NCBI RefSeq assembly: GCF_904830925.1
Contig: NZ_LR882967.1
Location: 3,554,106-3,618,105 of the forward strand
Source: Planktothrix pseudagardhii
Lineage (GTDB): Bacteria > Cyanobacteriota > Cyanobacteriia > Cyanobacteriales > Microcoleaceae
Direction of reading: 5' to 3'
DNA length: 64,000 nt
Part shown: positions 57,215-64,000 of the stretch, in pieces
Layout of the letters: each line of letters begins with the position of its first letter
Numbering within the stretch: the stretch's first letter is position 1
The notes under the pieces: generated by a model
Told to the model about the DNA's origin: nothing
What the model saw: the letters and a program-made list of their open reading frames with translations, nothing else
Databases searched by the model: none
Translations under genes and position numbers: made by a program

Positions 57215-57886
57215 ATGGCTAATCAACTGCGTATTTATGTCCCCCCCCATCCTCTAATTAAACATTGGTTAGGAGTTGCTCGTGATCAGGCGACTCCTCC
57301 GGCTTTATTTCGCACGGCGATGACGGAGTTAGGACGTTGGTTGACCTACGAAGCCGCCAGAGACTGGTTACCAACCCTGGAAACAACGGTACAAACCCCC
57401 TTAACCGAATGTAGTGCCACCTTTGTTAATCCTGAAGTTCCCCTGATTGTGATTCCTATTTTACGCGCTGGTTTAGCGTTAATGGAAGGAATTCAAAGCG
57501 TTGTGCCTTTATCTTCGGTTTATCATATTGGCATGGTACGCAACGAAGACACCTTAGAAGCCAGTTGCTATTTAAATAAATTACCCGCCCAATTTGATCC
57601 TCAAACGCGGGTGATTATTAGTGAACCGATGTTAGCAACGGGGGGAACAATCATGGCCGTGATGGAAGAACTCACCCAGCGTCATCTTGAACCCGCATTG
57701 ATTCGGGTTATTTCCATTGTCGCCGCCCCCCCAGCGTTACAAAAATTAAGTCAAGCTTATCCCAGTTTGCAAATCTATACCGCTATTATTGATCCTGAAG
57801 TCAATGAACAGGGCTTTATTGTACCCGGTTTGGGAGATGCAGGAGATCGAACGTTTGGCACATTCGACCGTCTCCCCACCGAATAG
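57215..57886 (+). CDS. upp: uracil phosphoribosyltransferase
   Basis: 223 aa. PRPP-binding motif VIISEPMLATGGT and the UPRTase C-terminal GLGDAGDR. Confidence 0.85.
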   Translation: MANQLRIYVPPHPLIKHWLGVARDQATPPALFRTAMTELGRWLTYEAARDWLPTLETTVQTPLTECSATFVNPEVPLIVIPILRAGLALMEGIQSVVPLSSVYHIGMVRNEDTLEASCYLNKLPAQFDPQTRVIISEPMLATGGTIMAVMEELTQRHLEPALIRVISIVAAPPALQKLSQAYPSLQIYTAIIDPEVNEQGFIVPGLGDAGDRTFGTFDRLPTE

Positions 57887-58001
57887 ATCGCGGTTGTTGT
57901 CGCAACAGTAAGCGTGTCTCCCTTTTTTCCTGACTGTTGCCTGTTCCCTGTTGCCTGTTCCCTACTATAAAATCAAGCTATTGTGACAAAGTGGTTAAAT
58001 T

Positions 58002-58298
58002 ATGGGTAATCGAGATGGTTTTGGTAGTGGCTTCTTCCTCGGTGCAACCCTAGGAGGGTTTGTGGGCGGGGTATTAGGGGTGGTACTCGCTTCTCGCATC
58101 ACCAATTCCGAAAGCGGTGAACCCTTGCCAGAAATACCGGGAAAGTCGGGGAAGTCTGCTAAATTGGCGGGAGAAAATATCGAAACCGCCCGTTTGAGTT
58201 TGGAGGATAAAATTGCTCAACTCAATCAAGCCATTGATGATGTTCGTCAACAGTTAGGCAATGTCAATGGCAATAGTAGCTCAGAAACTTATGATTAA
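58002..58298 (+). CDS. small hypothetical protein with N-terminal TM (YtxH-like?)
   Basis: 98 aa. Gly-rich hydrophobic N-terminus, then a coiled segment. Confidence 0.4.
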   Translation: MGNRDGFGSGFFLGATLGGFVGGVLGVVLASRITNSESGEPLPEIPGKSGKSAKLAGENIETARLSLEDKIAQLNQAIDDVRQQLGNVNGNSSSETYD

Positions 58299-58409
58299 TC
58301 GATGGGGCTATCCCGTTTGATTTTCACCCCTTTTCTTAAATGTGATACACTAAGGGTCATAACTTTATCTCAAATTTTGTCAAATTGAGTTAAACATCAA
58401 ATAAATTTT

Positions 58410-58700
58410 ATGGCACTTCCTTTCAGCTTACTCGCTAACACCCTGGCACAGTTCCTGAACATTTATATGTTAATCCTATTTATTAGGATTTTATTAAGCT
58501 GGTTTCCGACCATTAACTGGTTTGATCCCCCCTTCTCAATTTTAAGTCAGTTAACTGACCCCTATCTCAATCTTTTCCGTTCCTTTATTCCACCTTTAGG
58601 AGGAATTGATTTTTCAGCCATTATTGCTATTTTTGCTCTCCAATTTGGCTCTCAAATTATTATTGCTTTATTAGGCAGTATGCAGCAAATGGCATTTTAA
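58410..58700 (+). CDS. YggT/Ycf19-family membrane protein
   Basis: 96 aa. The LILFIRILLSWFP...DPYL pattern matches YggT. Confidence 0.7.
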   Translation: MALPFSLLANTLAQFLNIYMLILFIRILLSWFPTINWFDPPFSILSQLTDPYLNLFRSFIPPLGGIDFSAIIAIFALQFGSQIIIALLGSMQQMAF

Positions 58701-58720
58701 TTCCAACTCCAAACGTAGTA

Positions 58721-58745
58721 AGCCCTGAAGGGCTTTCTTTCTTTT
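58721..58745 (+). terminator. rho-independent terminator
   Basis: AGCCCT-gaa-GGGCT hairpin followed by TTCTTTCTTTT. Confidence 0.6.
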
Positions 58746-58812
58746 CCGCAGTTGAGTTAAGAGTCCTAAAGGACTTACTACGAATGTTACTTGAGAAACC
58801 GGGTTTTGAGTC

Positions 58813-60180
58813 TTACAAATTATTCTGAATTAATTCCCGATATAAGCTCTTGGGTTTCACGCCTTTGAGATCTTGAATTAAATCTTTATTTTTGAACATC
58901 TGCACCGTTGGAGTGCCAACCACCCCTGCACTTTGGGCAATTTCTGGATCTTCTTCAATGTCAATTTCGACATAGTGAATTTTACCCTCAAATTCACCAA
59001 CCACTTTATCTAAAATGGGTTTAAGGGCATGGCATGGCCCGCAGGTGGGTGAGGCATATTTTACCATAATTAAGCGATCGCTATCATGGTAAAGTTTCCG
59101 CAAGGCATAACCCCCCGTATGGCGGGTATTTTGGATATCGAAATTTTCAGAAGTGGTAATTTGAGGTTGGGTTGAAGTTGGAGTTTCCGCTTCCAGTTCA
59201 GAAGTTTCTGTTTGTTGAACTTCCTGCGCTAACCCATGAATGGATAACCACCGTTCTGCTAACATCGCTCCCATACACCCACTTCCGGCGGCTGTAATGG
59301 CTTGACGAAACTCATGATCTTGAACATCCCCAACGGCATAAACCCCTTCAACGCTGGTTTCAGGAGTGCCATGTTTCGTGACAATATATCCCACTTCATC
59401 TAGGTCTAATTGTCCTTGGAAAATTTGGGTATTGGGAGTATGACCAATGGCATAAAATAACCCCTGTACGGGTAAATCCTGTTGTTCTCCGGTTTGGTTA
59501 TTCTTAATTTTAATCCCACCTAATTTATCATTGCCATAAACATCCACCGCTTCGGTATTCCAATGTATCGTAATTTTAGGATGGGTGAGAACCCGTTGCT
59601 GCATGGCTTTACTCGCCCGCAGTTCATGGCGTCTAACCAATAAATGAACGTGGGTGGCGTATTTGGTTAAATAAACGGCTTCCTCGGCGGCGGTATCTCC
59701 TCCCCCGATAACCGCTAATTCGACTCCTTTGAAAATCGGACTCGCCCCATCACAAATCGCACAGGCGGAAATTCCTGCATTCCAAAATTGGTCTTCATGG
59801 GGAAGATGTAAGCGTTTCGCCGTCGCCCCCGTCGCAATCACAATGGCATGGGTTTTGAGTTCCCTCTCCTCTGATTTAACGGTAAAGGGACGTTGACTCA
59901 AATCAACGGAAATCACATCCTCGGTAAAGAGTTCCGCCCCCCACCGTTGGGCTTGGGCTTTCATCCTATCCATGAGTTCCGGCCCGGTAATGCCTTCGGG
60001 AAAACCGGGAAAGTTCTCAACTTCTGTGGTGGTCATTAACTGACCCCCCGGAACTCCCCCCAGTTGATAGCCTTCAAAGACAACGGGTTTCAAGTTCGCC
60101 CGTCCAGCATAAATTGCTGCTGTATAACCAGCAGGCCCAGAACCAATAATTACAAGATTTTCAACGGTTGGGTTTGTCAT
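58813..60180 (-). CDS. ntrC: NADPH-dependent thioredoxin reductase C (TrxR fused to a thioredoxin domain)
   Basis: 455 aa. FAD motif [10 protein letters not shown], redox CAICD, and a C-terminal thioredoxin CGPC. Confidence 0.9.
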   Translation of the reverse strand: MTNPTVENLVIIGSGPAGYTAAIYAGRANLKPVVFEGYQLGGVPGGQLMTTTEVENFPGFPEGITGPELMDRMKAQAQRWGAELFTEDVISVDLSQRPFTVKSEERELKTHAIVIATGATAKRLHLPHEDQFWNAGISACAICDGASPIFKGVELAVIGGGDTAAEEAVYLTKYATHVHLLVRRHELRASKAMQQRVLTHPKITIHWNTEAVDVYGNDKLGGIKIKNNQTGEQQDLPVQGLFYAIGHTPNTQIFQGQLDLDEVGYIVTKHGTPETSVEGVYAVGDVQDHEFRQAITAAGSGCMGAMLAERWLSIHGLAQEVQQTETSELEAETPTSTQPQITTSENFDIQNTRHTGGYALRKLYHDSDRLIMVKYASPTCGPCHALKPILDKVVGEFEGKIHYVEIDIEEDPEIAQSAGVVGTPTVQMFKNKDLIQDLKGVKPKSLYRELIQNNL

Positions 60181-60272
60181 TCTTCTTATTTCAAACTCAT
60201 AACGACTTCGTTTAAATCAATTATAGCAGTTTTTGTCCTAAGATGGCGAGGGAGCCACAGATTCCCATTGAA

Positions 60273-60635
60273 TTAACCAATTTCGTTCTCATATTGAGTG
60301 ATCACCTCTTCAATGATTTTATGACTAATATCTGAGTCGTCAGATTTGGAATAAATTGTAGCAAGAATGATGGCTTGATTTGTTTTCAGATAATAAATAA
60401 CTCGATAGCCCCCACTTTTTCCTTTTTGGATATTACTATTTTTAAGACGAACTTTAAAAACGGTATATTTAATACCTGCAATTCTATCACCAGGAATTTC
60501 ACCTGCTTGAAGTTGTTCGATTAAGGGTTGGAGATCGGTACGAATTGAACGATAGTGTTTAGCCAGTTCTCGAAGATCCCTTTTGAAGCGGGGAGTAAGC
60601 GCGATTTGGATAGGTGGTGGTTCACTCAGCATCAA
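60273..60635 (-). CDS. RelE/ParE-superfamily toxin
   Basis: 120 aa. KGKSGGYRVIYY...ILATIYSKSD matches the RelE/StbE-type addiction toxin pattern. Confidence 0.6.
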   Translation of the reverse strand: MMLSEPPPIQIALTPRFKRDLRELAKHYRSIRTDLQPLIEQLQAGEIPGDRIAGIKYTVFKVRLKNSNIQKGKSGGYRVIYYLKTNQAIILATIYSKSDDSDISHKIIEEVITQYENEIG

Positions 60636-60903
60636 TACCTTCCCACATTTCTGAGAGCGGAATAGTCTGTCCCGTTAATGCTTCGTATAAACCTTGACGA
60701 ATCCCTTCTATCAGAATTTCAGTCGGCGTTTCATTGGGATCAACTTCGTCATCTTCAGGAATTAAAACAATAACCCGAACACGCTGTGGTTTAGTGGTTC
60801 CTAATGATTGATCAAGTGTTAGTTGCCCACTTTCATTAATAGTCGCTGTCGTTTCAATTGCTTTCATAATCATTGATAGTTTACTCAAACATTTTTTAAT
60901 CAT
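60622..60903 (-). CDS. putative cognate antitoxin
   Basis: 93-aa ORF directly upstream of the toxin, overlapping it by 14 bp. Assigned by position only. Confidence 0.4.
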   Translation of the reverse strand: MIKKCLSKLSMIMKAIETTATINESGQLTLDQSLGTTKPQRVRVIVLIPEDDEVDPNETPTEILIEGIRQGLYEALTGQTIPLSEMWEGIDAE

Positions 60904-61258
60904 AAGCTTTTTTAAAGTATTACTCCAGGTTTGGTGTCAAGAACGAGTTTTAATAAGGAAAAGCTATAGGTTATGAGAGTTGATTTTAAATTTCAAAAGA
61001 ATTGGAGAAAAAAACCGGATTTTTGTCAAGAGGTTATTGCAAACAGGTTGCAATTAGTTGACGGAATTAGGGGGTTTGGGCTATAATCAAAAAATGAAAA
61101 TCTGGGGAATTGTAACTTAACCTCAAAACCCTATACTCAAACCCCGATAATCTCGTAAAAAGTGGTGAAACCCTGACAGAATTTAGCCGTAGGGATGCAC
61201 GAGTTTTTTAGACAACGGATGGGGGAACAATTGGGGATATTGACAAAAGAGTAATAAT

Positions 61259-62017
61259 GTGCATTGCTTTTCTAGCGTTCGGAACTTCTACAATACTTCT
61301 GAACTAACCTTAATCGGAATTACCGTTATGGAACGTATCCCAGAAGTAGAAGTCATGGATACTTGGGAAGAAGCCAGGGAATATGATGCCATGGATTTTA
61401 CCCAAGTTAATCAAGAATTTGCCGAATTAGCCATCGAATTAGGGCCAGAAACCGGATTAATTTTAGATGCAGGAACGGGGACAGCACGGATTCCAATTAT
61501 AATTGCAAAACAGCGATCGCGCAGCGGCGTGGCTAACGCATCACAATGGCAAATTACCGGAATTGATTTATCAGCCAATATGCTGTTTATTGGCAATCAA
61601 AATATTGAGGAAGCGGGGTTACAGGAACAAATCAAATTAGAACAAATCGATGCCAAACAGTTACCTTATCCCGATGATCAATTTGATATGGTCATTTCCA
61701 ATAGTATTGTTCACCATTTGTCAGAACCTCTGCTATTTTTTCAAGAACTTCAGCGTGTATTAAAACCCCAGGGGGGAATATTTCTGAGGGATTTAGCTCG
61801 TCCGAGTAGCGAAACCGAACTCAATACCTTAGTTGAACAATATGCTGGAGATTGTAACGACCATCAGAAAAAATTATTTCGAGACTCCTTACAAGCAGCT
61901 TATACCTTAGATGAAATCATTAATTTGAGCGAGTCTGCGGGTTTAGAAAATATGAGAATTTATCAATCTTCTGATCGCCATTGGACAGCCGAACGACCCT
62001 ATCGAGTTCTCAAATAA
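61259..62017 (+). CDS. class I SAM-dependent methyltransferase
   Basis: Motif I ILDAGTGTA, Motif post-I ITGIDLS, and Motif II FDMVISNSIVHH. The true start may be M at 61328. Confidence 0.75.
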   Translation: MHCFSSVRNFYNTSELTLIGITVMERIPEVEVMDTWEEAREYDAMDFTQVNQEFAELAIELGPETGLILDAGTGTARIPIIIAKQRSRSGVANASQWQITGIDLSANMLFIGNQNIEEAGLQEQIKLEQIDAKQLPYPDDQFDMVISNSIVHHLSEPLLFFQELQRVLKPQGGIFLRDLARPSSETELNTLVEQYAGDCNDHQKKLFRDSLQAAYTLDEIINLSESAGLENMRIYQSSDRHWTAERPYRVLK

Positions 62018-62049
62018 CAGTATAATCCAAGAAACTCGAATCAACGAAA

Positions 62050-63084
62050 ATGAAGTACAACAAATTAGGAGATAGTGACCTACAGGTCTCTGAAATCTGT
62101 CTGGGAACGATGACCTATGGGCAACAAAATACCCGTGAAGAAGCTGAAAAACTTTTAGATTATGCAGTTTCTCAGGGAGTTAATTTTATTGACACTTCCG
62201 AAACGTATCCTTTTCCCAATAAAGCCGAAAAACTGGGAATAACCGAGGAATATATTGGAGAATGGTTAATCCATCAGCGCCGTGACTCGTTAATCATTGC
62301 CACTAAAGTAGCGGGAGTAACACCGCTAACTTGGATTAGAAACGGTCAAAATCGGATTGACTCTGCGAATGTAACAGAAGCCGTAGAATCGAGCTTAAGA
62401 CGGTTACAAACGGACTATATTGACTTATATCAAATTCATTGGCCTGATCGCTATGTTCCTTTGTTTGGTGATGGGGATTATGATCCAAAACGGGAACGGG
62501 AAACTATACCGATCACCGAACAGTTAGAAGTATTTGCGGATTTAATTCAAGCGGGTAAAATTCGTTATTTAGGGGTCAGTAATGAAACGCCTTGGGGGGT
62601 TTGTGAATTTTGTCATATAGCTCGACAATTGAATTTACCGAAAATTGTTTCGATTCAAAACGGGTTTAGCTTGATGAATCGGATTTTTCACATTCATCTG
62701 GCGGAAGCTTGTCGGTTTAATCAGGTGGGATTATTAGCGTATAATCCCTTAGCGTTTGGTTTCTTAACGGGTAAATATCTTTCAGGAATTCCTAAAGATT
62801 CACGTTTGGACTTATTTGGAGGAATGTATTCCCGTTATGATCAGAATAATATAGCCGCAGCAGCACAAAGTTATGCTGATTTAGCCCAACAAAACGGAAT
62901 CACACCCGCACAACTTGCATTAGCTTATGTTCGGTCTCGCTGGTTTGTGACCAGTACAATTGTTGGAGCGACAAAAATAGAACAATTGCAAGAGAACTTG
63001 GCTAGTGTTACCGTTGAATTAGATGAAACTATTCTGACAGAAATTGATGCCATTCATCGGCGTTATCCGAACCCAGCGGCTTAG
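62050..63084 (+). CDS. aldo/keto reductase
   Basis: 344 aa with the AKR signature (GTMTYG, DLYQIHWPD, GVSNET). Confidence 0.85.
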   Translation: MKYNKLGDSDLQVSEICLGTMTYGQQNTREEAEKLLDYAVSQGVNFIDTSETYPFPNKAEKLGITEEYIGEWLIHQRRDSLIIATKVAGVTPLTWIRNGQNRIDSANVTEAVESSLRRLQTDYIDLYQIHWPDRYVPLFGDGDYDPKRERETIPITEQLEVFADLIQAGKIRYLGVSNETPWGVCEFCHIARQLNLPKIVSIQNGFSLMNRIFHIHLAEACRFNQVGLLAYNPLAFGFLTGKYLSGIPKDSRLDLFGGMYSRYDQNNIAAAAQSYADLAQQNGITPAQLALAYVRSRWFVTSTIVGATKIEQLQENLASVTVELDETILTEIDAIHRRYPNPAA

Positions 63085-63126
63085 AAAATTCCCAAGGTAA
63101 TTGCACTCGGTCAAACTCAGGTTGGC

Positions 63127-63981
63127 TTAAGAGTGGAAATAATCGATTGAAACCTGATTGTCGGGTTTAATTAAGTCATAATACAGCGCTCCGGGTTCAA
63201 AGGATTGAAGGGTAGGTTGAGAAACGGGTTTAAATTCCAACACTTGATCACCCATCCTTAAAGGTTCACTTCTACGGAACAATTGATGGTTATGTTCTTG
63301 TAATAAAATAATATTACGGCTATCAATCAGACGGGGGGGTTCCCATTGGAGGAAATACTCAAAGGCTTTGTTAGTGGGACTAAAATCCAATTTACCGTTA
63401 TGAACTAATTGCTCTTGCCAGTTAGGATTTAACCGATATACTTTGGGATACAACGTATATTTTCGCCAATAGTACCATCTGGGTTGATCATCAGTTTTTG
63501 GCAATTCCTCCAGACGTTCCCAACTTTTAGGAAATTGATAAATTTGTCTCAAGGTCATCGGAACACCCCACTGAATAAAGGAGTGTAAATGTTTGCCTGT
63601 ATTCAGAGGAGCATCCACTAAAATAATAGTATCTGGGGTAATATCAGGACAAAGGTGAATCACGTCTGTCCAAAATGCTCGTTGATATTCCCAACTAATT
63701 CGATTTTCCTGCTGTACCGTTAAACCGAATCCGACTAATAAAGAGAAAAATACAGCTAAACTTGCATTAGCTAGAGTTTTGGTAAAATTATGGTTCTGGG
63801 CTCGATTAAGGATGAGATAACACAATAAACCCACCAGAATAGAAATACCGATGGATGCTGTCATGTGAACTCGCGAACCTCGTCCATTAATTTCAGTCGC
63901 CGCACGAGTAAAAAATAAAGGATAGGATAACATTAACAGCGTTAATCCCAAAATTGTTAAGTTTTTAACAGGTGAAACCAA
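63127..63981 (-). CDS. hypothetical membrane protein (the N-terminus may lie beyond the window end)
   Basis: 284-aa ORF with two N-terminal TM helices. The window ends 19 bp upstream of the annotated start. Confidence 0.35.
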   Translation of the reverse strand: MVSPVKNLTILGLTLLMLSYPLFFTRAATEINGRGSRVHMTASIGISILVGLLCYLILNRAQNHNFTKTLANASLAVFFSLLVGFGLTVQQENRISWEYQRAFWTDVIHLCPDITPDTIILVDAPLNTGKHLHSFIQWGVPMTLRQIYQFPKSWERLEELPKTDDQPRWYYWRKYTLYPKVYRLNPNWQEQLVHNGKLDFSPTNKAFEYFLQWEPPRLIDSRNIILLQEHNHQLFRRSEPLRMGDQVLEFKPVSQPTLQSFEPGALYYDLIKPDNQVSIDYFHS

Positions 63982-64000
63982 AATAGAATTATCATTAGAC

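Overview
This 64-kb window is a cyanobacterial chromosomal segment. The evidence is more than 25 copies of the HIP1 palindrome GCGATCGC, many STRR-like 7-9-bp tandem arrays, and genes such as acsF/ho/hemN/hemJ, NTRC, ycf19/yggT and hpnA/hpnH. GC content looks to be about 40 %, consistent with a filamentous Oscillatoriales/Nostocales-type genome. Most of the window is housekeeping: polA, murA, lipA, cobQ, upp, ald, an MsbA-like ABC exporter, an aldo/keto reductase and tRNA-Leu(CAA). The standout is a defence-island-like locus at 8917-17700. A Ser/Thr-kinase ORF and a 5'-truncated Upf1-like SF1 helicase ORF lie on either side of a nested insertion (an IS5/IS1182-like element inside an IS701-like element). 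They are followed by a MazE/MazF pair and a protein with a single-HKD PLD nuclease domain. This domain set and order matches Mokosh type I, where MkoA is STK plus a COG1112 helicase and MkoB is a PLD nuclease. Here the putative mkoA is split by the IS insertion and a toxin-antitoxin module sits between mkoA and mkoB. Other notable content: a micro-oxic tetrapyrrole cluster (hemJ-hemN-ho divergent from acsF), a tight four-gene CHAT-CHASE2 operon, an orphan P-loop ATPase, hopanoid side-chain genes hpnA-hpnH, a RelE/ParE-type TA pair, a stand-alone DUF4347 fragment, and STR arrays filling many intergenic regions. All calls rest on reading the ORF translations and the DNA by eye; no database search was run.
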